From an uncultured Candidatus Saccharibacteria bacterium (GTDB taxonomy: Bacteria; Patescibacteriota; Minisyncoccia; Phycocordibacterales; CAIZLB01), in the NCBI GenBank assembly GCA_964467385.1, contig CAYXQC010000001.1, positions 71,896 to 135,895 on the forward strand: 64,000 nucleotides of DNA, given 5' to 3'. Below the pieces are notes generated by a model. It was not told the DNA's origin. It made no database searches and saw nothing but the letters and a program-made list of their open reading frames with translations. Shown here in pieces: positions 8,868 through 18,195 of this stretch (within the stretch, counting starts at the first letter, position 1; each line of letters opens with the position of its first letter). The position numbers were made by a program, and so were the translations under genes.

Positions 8868-10973
8868 ATGTACGAGAAAATCACTTCATGGGCTGTCGCA
8901 ATCTGTCTGGTACTTCTGCCAATCTTTATAGTTCCATTCACTGACACTTCGTTTTTTATGGCAAAGTTTGGTCTCGTGACTTTGGTAGGGATTGTGGCGG
9001 TCATAGCGATTATACTTCGAGCTCTCAGTGATCGAAAGATTGAGAAATATCCTGCACTTATATATAGTGCACTCTTCTCGCTCCCTCTTGTGTATATTGT
9101 ATCCGCACTTTTTGGTGCACATTCATCGGGAAGTCTTATGGGAAATGGTAGCGAGATCGATACTGCTTATTTCTTCTGTCTAGGGTCAGTACTTGCATAC
9201 CTCATATCAGGCCTTTATCGATCAAGAAATAAGATCTTTATGCTTGCACTCAGTATGTCTTTGGTTGGTCTTTTAGTTTCTATCTTTCATGTACTTCGGT
9301 TTGTATTTGGAAAAACATTTCTTTCGTTTGGACTTTTCAACGCTATAAGTTCAAATACGGTTGGCGGATTCAATGATCTTGGTATTTATGCTGGACTTAT
9401 TGCTATCATTTCACTTCTTTCAATTGAGTTACTTTCTGTTCATAAGATTTTGCGTGTCCTTTTGTATGTGACGCTTGTGCTTTCTCTCGCTATTGTTGCA
9501 GTGGCAAATTTCAATTTTATTAACGATCTTTTTGGACTTGGTATACCAGTATCGCTCTCTGCTTTAATTGCACTTTTTGCACTTATTGTGTTCATTCATA
9601 AAAAAGTGACTCATATGAAGAACTCATTACCTGTTGCTTCGCTTGTGACACTCCTGATTGCACTTGTTCTTACGATTGCGGTTTCTCCGATTTCATCTTT
9701 CATTTCATCAAAGATAGGTCTTACTCAAGATGAGGTATTAGATATCCGGGTATCACCATCGCTGACTGCTGATATGGCCATTGCTACATATAGTGACAGC
9801 CTAAAACAAACATTTCTTGGTACAGGTCCAAATAAGTTCTATACAGCTTGGGCACTACATAAACCAACCGTATACCCAGGTTCTATAAATGGCACTGTGT
9901 TTTGGAATACAGATTTTAATCTTGCATCAGGGTTTGTACCCACTTCATTTGTGTCAACTGGTGTGCTTGGGGTCCTTGCTTGGCTCCTATTATTCAGTGT
10001 TATTGTCTTCTATGCAATAAGACTCTTGAAGCAAGTGGCAAAACCTGAAAAGGATACGATGGGACTTTTTGTGGCTTGGTTTTCAACTATTTCTACTCTT
10101 TATCTATGGTTCGTGGCATTCTTCTTCACACCTGGTCCTGTTATTCTTTTCTTTGCGTTTATGTTTACTGGACTTTTCTTAGCAACGCTTATTCATGAAA
10201 ATATTATTTCTACAAAAGAAGTAAGCTGGGATGTCTCGACCTATTGGCGAGGATTTGCACTCACATTGGGTATGATTCTTCTAATCGTGGCACTTATTTA
10301 TATCGGATTTATTTGGTCACAGCGTCTCACAGCATCAATGTCAGTTCAAGCTGCAACCCGTGCCCTTCAGAAAAATCCTCCAGCGATTTCTGAAGCACAG
10401 CAGGACATGCTTAAGGCAGTGAATACCTATTTCAACACGGGGGACCTTCGATTAGCTTCGGATATTTCGCTTATTCGACCGAACATGTTGATCGCTGAAA
10501 CAAAAGGTGTCGTAGCTCCTGAAAAATTAAATCAAGAAATTGTATCTGATATTACATTTGCCATAAACGCGGCGCGTCGAGCTGCAATTGATAGAGGCGC
10601 TTCACCTGATTATAGAGATTGGCTCCAGCTTGGAAAAGTGTACGAGACTGCAACATTCCTCGGTGCAACTACAACTGCTACACTTGCAGTGCAGTCATAT
10701 GCAGAAGCTGAACGATTGAACCCTACAAGTCCGGTGCCGCCATATCTTATTGGGCGACTATATGCACTTGCGCGAAATTTCCCAGTAGCTGCTCAAAAGT
10801 TAAGGCGAGCACTTGATCTAAAACCTGATTATACAGAAGCTCGAGATTTGTATAATTCAATCGGTGGTGAATCTATCGGTGCAGCTGAAAATGCAGTAGT
10901 AAAAACTGCAGCGAGTTCAGCTACTAGCACATCAGGAGCAAATAGTGCCACATCAACAAAAACTAAAAAATAA
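8868..10973 (+). CDS. Polytopic membrane protein, O-antigen ligase/Wzy_C-like, with C-terminal TPR
   Basis: More than 12 TM helices, FLGTGPNKFYTAW and STGVLG motifs reminiscent of Wzy_C, and C-terminal TPR (AERLNPTSP...RRALDLKPDY). Confidence 0.65.
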   Translation: MYEKITSWAVAICLVLLPIFIVPFTDTSFFMAKFGLVTLVGIVAVIAIILRALSDRKIEKYPALIYSALFSLPLVYIVSALFGAHSSGSLMGNGSEIDTAYFFCLGSVLAYLISGLYRSRNKIFMLALSMSLVGLLVSIFHVLRFVFGKTFLSFGLFNAISSNTVGGFNDLGIYAGLIAIISLLSIELLSVHKILRVLLYVTLVLSLAIVAVANFNFINDLFGLGIPVSLSALIALFALIVFIHKKVTHMKNSLPVASLVTLLIALVLTIAVSPISSFISSKIGLTQDEVLDIRVSPSLTADMAIATYSDSLKQTFLGTGPNKFYTAWALHKPTVYPGSINGTVFWNTDFNLASGFVPTSFVSTGVLGVLAWLLLFSVIVFYAIRLLKQVAKPEKDTMGLFVAWFSTISTLYLWFVAFFFTPGPVILFFAFMFTGLFLATLIHENIISTKEVSWDVSTYWRGFALTLGMILLIVALIYIGFIWSQRLTASMSVQAATRALQKNPPAISEAQQDMLKAVNTYFNTGDLRLASDISLIRPNMLIAETKGVVAPEKLNQEIVSDITFAINAARRAAIDRGASPDYRDWLQLGKVYETATFLGATTTATLAVQSYAEAERLNPTSPVPPYLIGRLYALARNFPVAAQKLRRALDLKPDYTEARDLYNSIGGESIGAAENAVVKTAASSATSTSGANSATSTKTKK

Positions 10974-10994
10974 ACACTACAAAATAAGCGTAAA

Positions 10995-12785
10995 ATGGTA
11001 AATAGAATTCTTAGAATATTTCATAAAGAAATCGCAGGGTTACATCAAGCGGCATTTCTTCTGGGGGCTTTTACCTTTTTATCTCAACTTTTGGCACTCG
11101 TACGTGATCGAATGCTGGCTGGATATTTCGGTGCAGGCCAGACTCTCGATGTTTATTACACTGCCTTTCGAATTCCTGATCTAATCTACGCATCGGTTGC
11201 ATCACTTGTTTCTATCTCTGTGTTGATTCCGTTTTTGACAGGTGTTATGGAACAAGACAAAGAAAAGAGTAGTGATCCTGCTAGCGAAAAAATTCAGTCA
11301 AAGAAAATCCTCAATTCTGTTTTCACAGTATTTTTTATAGCGATGGTTTTAGTGTCAGTTTTGGCTTTTGCTCTAATGCCAATTTTGGTCCATACATTTT
11401 TCTCGAATATTGGCGATGAAACAGTGTTATCGAAGATTATTTTCTTGTCGCGACTTCTCTTGTTGCAACCGATTTGTCTCGGTATATCAAACGTACTTGG
11501 TGTTGTAACACAAATAGGTAAGCGTTTCTTCTTGTATGCGCTTAGTCCTATTTTCTACAACATTGCCATTATTGTTGGTCTTGTATTTTTGTACCCACGA
11601 TACGGGATTACAGGAGTAGTGCTCGGGGTGGTTTTTGGTGGACTACTTCATTTTGCAATTCAAATTCCGTATGTACTTCGGGTGGGATTATTACCGAAAT
11701 TTACTTTCAAAGTAGATTTTAAGATTATTCTTAATGTGGTAAAGGTTTCTATTCCAAGAACAATCGCTTTGTCTGCTAATATGTTTGAATTGATTGTGAT
11801 CACCTCATTTGCCTCATGGCTCGCGGTCGGATCTGTCGCGGTATTTAACTTGGCGCTCAATTTGCAATCAGTTCCATTTGCGATTATTGGTGTAAGTTAT
11901 GCATTGGCTGCATTTCCAACGCTTTCAGCCTATTTTGCGAAAGGGGAGCGCGAACAGTTTATGAGTCACATCATCACTGCTACGCGTCATGTAATTTTCT
12001 GGTCGATTCCTATCGCTGCACTCTTTATCGTACTTCGTGCACAGATTGTTCGTACGATTCTTGGTAATGGATATTTCAATTGGGATCACACAAAGCTTAC
12101 GGCTGCTTGTCTTGCACTTTTTGTGATTTCGCTTGTGGCACAGGGTCTTGAGCTACTTTTTATTCGAGCATATTATGCAGCTGGCAATACTATTAAGCCT
12201 GTTATTATTAACATCTTTTCATCTGCTGCAACTATCCTTGCTCCACTTCTGTTACTTAAACTATATGCAAGCTATGAACTTTTTCGATTCTTCATAGAAT
12301 CTTTATTTAAAGTTCAAGACATTGCGGGAGCTTCTGTGCTTATGTTGCCACTTGGATATTCTATAGGGACTTTGCTCAATGCACTTGCGTTTTGGATTAT
12401 GTTTGAACGTGATTTTGGAAAAAATAAAGGCACTAAGGTCGAAGTGATTTCAAGTGAATCAGGTGAAGTTGAGTCAACAAAAGTTACAGATTTTGGCTTC
12501 ACATCTTCTGTATTACCTACACTTTTTGCAAGTCTTCAAGCGGCGGTCGTTGGTGGTTTTATGGCATATGTAGGCCTTAATGTATTTGATGGAATATTTA
12601 ATCTTTCGACTGTTACGGGAATATTTATGCAAGGTTTCTTGGCTGGAATTCTTGGAATAATCGGTGCAATTTCGGTATTTATTCTCCTCGAAAATTCAGA
12701 ACTAAAAGAAGTTTCGAAAACACTTCAACAGAAGTTTACACGAGGAAAGATTATCGTATCTGAACCTGATAAGATTGAGGTCTGA
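10995..12785 (+). CDS. murJ: Lipid II flippase MurJ (MviN)
   Basis: LSQLLALVRDRMLAGYFGAG..LDVYYTAFRIPD, AAFPTLS and RAYYAAGNTIKP motifs. Confidence 0.9.
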   Translation: MVNRILRIFHKEIAGLHQAAFLLGAFTFLSQLLALVRDRMLAGYFGAGQTLDVYYTAFRIPDLIYASVASLVSISVLIPFLTGVMEQDKEKSSDPASEKIQSKKILNSVFTVFFIAMVLVSVLAFALMPILVHTFFSNIGDETVLSKIIFLSRLLLLQPICLGISNVLGVVTQIGKRFFLYALSPIFYNIAIIVGLVFLYPRYGITGVVLGVVFGGLLHFAIQIPYVLRVGLLPKFTFKVDFKIILNVVKVSIPRTIALSANMFELIVITSFASWLAVGSVAVFNLALNLQSVPFAIIGVSYALAAFPTLSAYFAKGEREQFMSHIITATRHVIFWSIPIAALFIVLRAQIVRTILGNGYFNWDHTKLTAACLALFVISLVAQGLELLFIRAYYAAGNTIKPVIINIFSSAATILAPLLLLKLYASYELFRFFIESLFKVQDIAGASVLMLPLGYSIGTLLNALAFWIMFERDFGKNKGTKVEVISSESGEVESTKVTDFGFTSSVLPTLFASLQAAVVGGFMAYVGLNVFDGIFNLSTVTGIFMQGFLAGILGIIGAISVFILLENSELKEVSKTLQQKFTRGKIIVSEPDKIEV

Positions 12786-12838
12786 TTTTTTGCTTCGCAC
12801 AGTTTTGGACATCGATTTTGGGTGCAATTTAAGACATT

Positions 12839-12866
12839 AAAAAACTGCCACGCATGGCAGTTTTTT
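12839..12866. terminator. Bidirectional terminator between murJ and mscL
   Basis: AAAAAACTGCCA-CGCA-TGGCAGTTTTTT between convergent genes. Confidence 0.85.
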
Positions 12867-12891
12867 TGAGCAGTACGGTTATGTTTCTAGC

Positions 12892-13224
12892 CTATTTTGT
12901 CTCTGCTGTTAGTGCCTGAACTGAATGTCTTTGCAAAAATTTATGCACGAATTTGATGGCAATAAAGACTGAGAATGCAACGATAAGAAAATTTACAATA
13001 TTGTTGATAAAAGCACCCACTTTGATAACTCCACCATTGATATGAATCGCAATCGATGCAAAATCAGGTTGTTTAAACAGAGCTGCGATAATCTGCATGA
13101 TGATGTCGTTTACAAGAGAGTCTACAATCTTATTGAATGCAGTACCGATTACAACACCGACTGCAAGATCGATCACGTTACCCTTGACCGCGAATGCTTT
13201 AAATTCATCAAGAAAGTTTTTCAT
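12892..13224 (-). CDS. mscL: Large-conductance mechanosensitive channel
   Basis: EFKAFAVKGNVIDLAVGVVIGTAFNKIVDSLVNDII and GAFINNIVNFLIVAF. Confidence 0.95.
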   Translation of the reverse strand: MKNFLDEFKAFAVKGNVIDLAVGVVIGTAFNKIVDSLVNDIIMQIIAALFKQPDFASIAIHINGGVIKVGAFINNIVNFLIVAFSVFIAIKFVHKFLQRHSVQALTAETK

Positions 13225-13239
13225 ATTTTTTAATGCTGC

Positions 13240-14052
13240 TTATTTTTTAATAGGAGCAACTTGTACTGGTCTAGCTTCAAGTGAGCCACCCTCTGAAGAT
13301 TGCTCAATTACTTCAACGTTTGTAGTGATTGATTTCGTACTGCTGCCAACTTTTACTTCGGTTGTATTTGCTGCAGAAGCTGCTTTTGGATTGAGTTCTG
13401 CTTCAATGATTGCTTTAAGTTTGTCATACGTTACTACTCCTCGAATCAGAGGTTTACCATTTACGAGAGCTGTTGGAGTCGAATTGATACCCATTGAATT
13501 TGCATCGATTTGATCCTGATATACGATCTTGGCGTACGCTGTACTATTTGCTTTAAGATCTGCCTTGTATTTGGCTACATCAAGACCAATCTGCGCTGCG
13601 TATGTTTCAAAGAGAGTCGATATTTCATCGTCTTTTAGACCGAAAGCTGTCCATTTGTCCTGATTTTCATACATGATGTCATGCATCTCAATAAACTTGC
13701 CCTGCTCACGAGCGGCAAATACTGCTGATGCAGCGAGTACTGAGTGAGAATGGATAGGGATTACTCGGAATACAAAGTCGATTTTGTCTCCATATTCTTT
13801 CATGATTTGCTTCAGAGCAGGGTGAAGCATTGCACATGCTGGACACTCAAAGTCAGCAAATTCTACAAACTGAATTTTAGGATCGCTACCAGTTTTTCGC
13901 AAGCTGTCTTCTCGAACAAGTGCGTCTTTGTTTACTGTTATTTCTGGCTGGCCTGCTTTCTGCTGGCTATTATTTGCGAGCATGAGTCCGATAACAATAA
14001 CTGCAACCGTAATAATACCGATAATGCTTAAGATTTTTGTGTCTGAGTTCAT
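13240..14052 (-). CDS. dsbA: DsbA/BdbD-like thiol-disulfide oxidoreductase (membrane-anchored)
   Basis: EFADFECPAC active site, GINSTPT cis-Pro loop, N-terminal TM. Confidence 0.88.
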   Translation of the reverse strand: MNSDTKILSIIGIITVAVIVIGLMLANNSQQKAGQPEITVNKDALVREDSLRKTGSDPKIQFVEFADFECPACAMLHPALKQIMKEYGDKIDFVFRVIPIHSHSVLAASAVFAAREQGKFIEMHDIMYENQDKWTAFGLKDDEISTLFETYAAQIGLDVAKYKADLKANSTAYAKIVYQDQIDANSMGINSTPTALVNGKPLIRGVVTYDKLKAIIEAELNPKAASAANTTEVKVGSSTKSITTNVEVIEQSSEGGSLEARPVQVAPIKK

Positions 14053-14135
14053 GAGGGGATTATAACAAAAAAGCTACCCCTCTCGACAGTCTGTACAAGG
14101 GCGTGCTTCTCTGTTGTTTTGTTGCTGGTATCTTG

Positions 14136-14165
14136 AATCTAAATCTAAATCTAAATCTAAATCTG
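14136..14165. repeat. Hexamer microsatellite (AATCTA)x4 plus a near copy
   Basis: Seen directly in the dsbA-dsbB spacer. Confidence 0.85.
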
Positions 14166-14211
14166 AGTTAATGGAAAATTTTGCTGATTGATGTTACGTG
14201 TATGTAACAGT

Positions 14212-14658
14212 TTACATTGCAGCACCTACTCTACGTCGTTCAACAAGCATCATCACGATGATAACTGAGAACGCTGTAAATGCGAGAAATGGGATTGTGA
14301 TAAATCCAAACCATTCAATGTATCGAGTGGTACAGGATACGCCAGTTTCGCATGGAGCGAGTGTGTCGGGAACGATCTTGTAGTAGAGCAGGTTATGGTA
14401 AATGGAAATAACCCAACCGATGAGTGCTGGAGCAAGTACAAAAAGCCAAGTATTTTGATCGCGTTTTATGATACCAATAGTAAGTGCGATAAAGAGAGGG
14501 AACATGGCAATGCGTTGATACCAGCAAAGAATACAGGGTTTCAAAAGCATCACATCACTAAAATACATACTTCCAAGAAATGCGACGATTGCTTGGATAA
14601 GCGCGAGAATAAGTGCATTCCTAATAATGAATTGTTTGATTTTTTGCATATGAGTCAT
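14212..14658 (-). CDS. dsbB: Disulfide bond formation protein DsbB/BdbC
   Basis: GSMYFS...PCILCWYQRIAMFP, second Cys pair PCETGVSC, and FITIPFLA. Confidence 0.92.
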   Translation of the reverse strand: MTHMQKIKQFIIRNALILALIQAIVAFLGSMYFSDVMLLKPCILCWYQRIAMFPLFIALTIGIIKRDQNTWLFVLAPALIGWVISIYHNLLYYKIVPDTLAPCETGVSCTTRYIEWFGFITIPFLAFTAFSVIIVMMLVERRRVGAAM

Positions 14659-14717
14659 ATGTGTTTAGTATATCAAATAGCAAGACAGTGTTTCGTACAG
14701 TGTTTCGTATCGTTTAT

Positions 14718-14746
14718 TTGACACACTTACATAAATAATACATAAT
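14718..14746 (+). promoter_or_regulatory. Sigma70-type promoter of the orphan lipoprotein gene
   Basis: TTGACA-17 nt-CATAAT. Confidence 0.65.
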
Positions 14747-14880
14747 CACAAACGCAAAAATGCCTGCTTTTTGCATATCTAGGTATGAGCCACGGCTGCT
14801 ACAAGACAGCTTGTCGCTCGGATCAGTTGATCCCTTGGGTAAAACAACATAAACCAGCAGGTCAGGAGGGATAAACCCAA

Positions 14881-15438
14881 ATGAAATCGAAAGACACCGG
14901 TCGCACAGCGGTTAATCTGCGCAATCTTGTTCTGCTCTTTGTGTCACTTGTGCTGGCATCGTGCCAAAACGAGTATATGAGGAATCCTTTCTGGGCTGGT
15001 CCGCCAATGCAGCGAAGCTATGGCTCTTACGGTGGAGCTACCTATGGTCACCGAGCGCCGGTTACGCAAAGCTACTACGGTTATGTGCCGAAGTACCAGT
15101 ATCCTCCGGGAGTGAAAGGGTCAATTTCATCTCGTCCAAAAACCACAGCAAAGACTGGTTCAGGCATCGAGACTAAGAGGCCGACTACAACAGTGAAAGG
15201 TTACAGCCAAGACAGATCACGGGATTGGCTACCGCCAATCCCTACATGTCCTGGCTACCACGCACGTTGGGACACACGTTCTTTTCCAAAGTCAAAGAAT
15301 GGATACTACTGGGTCGTCGATCATAAAGGAAATACATGGTCTATGACGCCTAGCGAGTTTTATCCGTTCTGGTCACAGCGGATCTGGAATTACGAATATA
15401 TCCAGACTTTCGAATCGTATCCGTTTAAACGACGATAG
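14881..15438 (+). CDS. Orphan putative lipoprotein (Tyr/Gly/Pro-rich, Trp-rich C-terminal domain)
   Basis: Lipobox-like LVLASC after a hydrophobic stretch, SD-like AGGAGG upstream, own terminator. Confidence 0.65.
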   Translation: MKSKDTGRTAVNLRNLVLLFVSLVLASCQNEYMRNPFWAGPPMQRSYGSYGGATYGHRAPVTQSYYGYVPKYQYPPGVKGSISSRPKTTAKTGSGIETKRPTTTVKGYSQDRSRDWLPPIPTCPGYHARWDTRSFPKSKNGYYWVVDHKGNTWSMTPSEFYPFWSQRIWNYEYIQTFESYPFKRR

Positions 15439-15465
15439 TTGCGAAACAAAAAAAGTTTGCAAACA

Positions 15466-15500
15466 AAAATCCTGACATACAACACGTGTGTCAGGATTTT
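15466..15500. terminator. Bidirectional terminator between the orphan lipoprotein and thrS
   Basis: AAAATCCTGACATAC-AACAC-GTGTGTCAGGATTTT. Confidence 0.8.
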
Positions 15501-15550
15501 CATCTTTTTAAATTTCACAAACTGGTTGGCAAAATTTTTCAGCGACAAAA

Positions 15551-17368
15551 TTACTCCAATGCCTTTGTTTTAATTTTCTCAAGAATCATTGTAAGCGCCT
15601 CATCAACACTAAACACACCGATTTTCTCTTTTAGACCTTCAAGTGTGAGTTGACCCGCTTCGATTTCTTTATCTCCAATCACGGCGGTAACTGGAATCTT
15701 TTCAGTCTTGGCGTTTCGTACACGTTTACCAAAGCTGTCATTTGAATCATCGAGTTCAACACGAATACCAAGTGCTTTAGCTTTTTTGTACACCTCATCT
15801 GCAAACGCTGTTTGTCGTTCACCTATCGGAACTATTCGAAGTTGAACAGGTGCCATCCAAATAGGGAATGCACCGGCGAAGTGTTCGATGATAACGCTCA
15901 AGAATCGTTCGATAGATCCCATGATTGCTACATGAAGCATTGCTATGCCTTCTTTCTCACCTTTTTCATTGATACAAGAAAGTTCAAATCGAGCTGGTTG
16001 TACAAAATCGAGTTGGATTGTTGCAACTTGGTGCGGTCGTCCGATTGCGTCTTTTGCCATAAAGTCAATCTTTGGACCATAGAAAGCAGCTTCACCTGGA
16101 CCATCAACCCATTCATCGGTATGTGAAAGGATAACTTTCTTTAAAGTTTCTTCTGCTATATCCCAATTTTTAGCATCACCGAGATATTTCTCCGGATTTT
16201 CAGGATCACGTCGAGAGAGACGAGGGATGATCTTTGAGAATCCAAATGTTGAGTAGAATTCGTTGATAATACTCCATACATTTTCTACTTCGTCGTTGAT
16301 TTGATTGATTCGACAAAATACATGCGCATCGTCTTGCGTAATACAGAGTACTCGAGAGAGTCCTGAAAGTTCACCGGATTGTTCGTCACGGTATACAGCA
16401 GTCGTCTCGCAATATCGCTGAGGCATATCTCGATAACTTCGCATTTCAGCATCAAAAATTTGCGTATGATGCGGACAGTTCATGGGTTTCATTGCGTACA
16501 CATGTTTTTCTCGAGTCTCGATTTTAAATAAATCATCTTTGTATTTGTCCCAGTGTCCAGATTTTTCATACAAATCTTTCTTTGTGATATGTGGAATAGA
16601 AACCTTCTGGTACCCGTACCGAGATCGAAGTTCCATTACGTAGTCATTAAGAGTTTCTCGAATCATGGTTCCTTTTGGAGACCAAAGAGGGAGACCTGCT
16701 CCAACAAGTTCAGAGAATGTAAAAAGCCCGAGCTCTCTTCCAAGCTTCTTGTGGTCTCTTTTCTTGGCTTCTTCCTGCATGTGCTGATACTCTTTTAGTT
16801 CATCTTTTGTAGCAAAAGCTAAACCGTATACTCGTGTGAGCATTTTATTTTTTTCATCACCTCGCCAATATGCACCGGCAACACGGTTAATAGTGAATGA
16901 ATTCTGATCAATAGTACTCATATCATCAGCATGTCCGCCCCGGCAGAGATCTGTGAATTCGTATGTAGTACCTGAGCCAACCGTGTAAAGTGTAATCTTT
17001 TCACCTCGAGCGACGATTTCTTCTATGAGCTCAAGTTTATAAGGATTTTCAGAAAAAAGAGCTCGTGCTTCTTCAGCGGAAACTTCTTTATGCAAAAAAC
17101 AAGCAGCATCTTTGGCTGTACCTCTTTTGCTTGCGATAGTCCATTCTTTGAGAATTTCTCGCATCTTATCTTCGATGACAGGCAGATCGGTGTCTTTGAT
17201 AGGGGAGGTAAAATCCATATCATAATAGAAACCATTTTCAACGGCAGGACCGATAGTAAGGAGCGTTTGAGGGTAGAGGCTTACCGTCGCCGTCGCAAGG
17301 AGGTGGGCTAGGGAATGTCTAATATGTTCGATATTTGCAGGAGCCCCTGCGTTTGCTTCTTTGTTCAT
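15551..17368 (-). CDS. thrS: Threonyl-tRNA synthetase
   Basis: IRHSLAHLLA, DLCRGGH, GAYWRGDE, KPMNCPHH, QDDAH and AAFYGPKID motifs. Confidence 0.98.
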   Translation of the reverse strand: MNKEANAGAPANIEHIRHSLAHLLATATVSLYPQTLLTIGPAVENGFYYDMDFTSPIKDTDLPVIEDKMREILKEWTIASKRGTAKDAACFLHKEVSAEEARALFSENPYKLELIEEIVARGEKITLYTVGSGTTYEFTDLCRGGHADDMSTIDQNSFTINRVAGAYWRGDEKNKMLTRVYGLAFATKDELKEYQHMQEEAKKRDHKKLGRELGLFTFSELVGAGLPLWSPKGTMIRETLNDYVMELRSRYGYQKVSIPHITKKDLYEKSGHWDKYKDDLFKIETREKHVYAMKPMNCPHHTQIFDAEMRSYRDMPQRYCETTAVYRDEQSGELSGLSRVLCITQDDAHVFCRINQINDEVENVWSIINEFYSTFGFSKIIPRLSRRDPENPEKYLGDAKNWDIAEETLKKVILSHTDEWVDGPGEAAFYGPKIDFMAKDAIGRPHQVATIQLDFVQPARFELSCINEKGEKEGIAMLHVAIMGSIERFLSVIIEHFAGAFPIWMAPVQLRIVPIGERQTAFADEVYKKAKALGIRVELDDSNDSFGKRVRNAKTEKIPVTAVIGDKEIEAGQLTLEGLKEKIGVFSVDEALTMILEKIKTKALE

Positions 17369-17599
17369 AATACGGACAGTGTAGCAGAAAAAAGCCCTTT
17401 GGATAAGGTAGAGACTGTCTGTACTCCTCTAGGCGATTAAAATGATTCATATCTTTAGTTTTTATGTTCAAATTGATTTATTTAGAATTTCTTGATACTC
17501 GCTTCATCTTGATTCTATATACTCTTTCGTGTGACTTTGGTGTGAGGTCGAAATTAATTAATAGTCCAATATTAGTCCTTCAGAGACGAGTTTCAGTGA

Positions 17600-17637
17600 T
17601 TGACTCAATGTATCTAATATATATACTTTAGATACAT
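17600..17637 (+). promoter_or_regulatory. TA-operon promoter with palindromic operator
   Basis: TTGACT-16-TATACT overlapped by a perfect inverted repeat ATGTATCTAA (17608-17617) / TTAGATACAT (17628-17637), as expected for autoregulation by an RHH antitoxin. Confidence 0.75.
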
Positions 17638-17925
17638 ATGAAAAAAACTACCATGATACATGTTAAAACAGATGCAAAAGTAAAAAATGAAGCACAAAAG
17701 ATCGTTGAAGAGATGGGTTTAACCTTGAGTGGTGTTGTAAATGGTTTCTTAAAGAATCTTATCAGGACACGAGAGGTACGATTTGTAGTTGGTCCTAAGT
17801 TAAAACCATCTGTTGAGAGGGGTCTTATTAAGTCCATTAAAGATTACAAAGCGGGTAAACTTGGTAAACCTATGAATTTTGATGAAGCACTTGAGCATTT
17901 GCGCGGACTTTCAAATGAAAAATAA
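17638..17925 (+). CDS. RelB/DinJ family antitoxin
   Basis: TMIHVKTDAKVKNEAQKIVEEMGLTLSGVVNGFLK ribbon-helix-helix pattern, upstream of the toxin. Confidence 0.88.
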   Translation: MKKTTMIHVKTDAKVKNEAQKIVEEMGLTLSGVVNGFLKNLIRTREVRFVVGPKLKPSVERGLIKSIKDYKAGKLGKPMNFDEALEHLRGLSNEK

Positions 17926-17931
17926 TTGATA

Positions 17932-18192
17932 ATGAATTTCATCTATTCAAATAAGTTCAATAAAAGATTCAAAAAACAAAATAGAGAAATACAATTAAAA
18001 TGGGAGGAACGATTCATTCTTTTTAGAAATTCACCTCAAAATCCATTACTAAATGTTCACAAATTGCACGGAAGGCTAAGTGACAGTTACAGTATAAATG
18101 TCACTGCTGATATTCGGGTTCTATTCGAGAAAATAGACAAAGACACGGTACTCTTCGAAGATATTGGCTCACATAGTGAACTCTACGAATGA
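17932..18192 (+). CDS. RelE/YafQ family mRNA interferase toxin
   Basis: F.KRFKK, LNVHKLHGRL..YSINVTADIRVLF and C-terminal DIGSHSELY. Confidence 0.88.
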   Translation: MNFIYSNKFNKRFKKQNREIQLKWEERFILFRNSPQNPLLNVHKLHGRLSDSYSINVTADIRVLFEKIDKDTVLFEDIGSHSELYE

Positions 18193-18195
18193 GCC

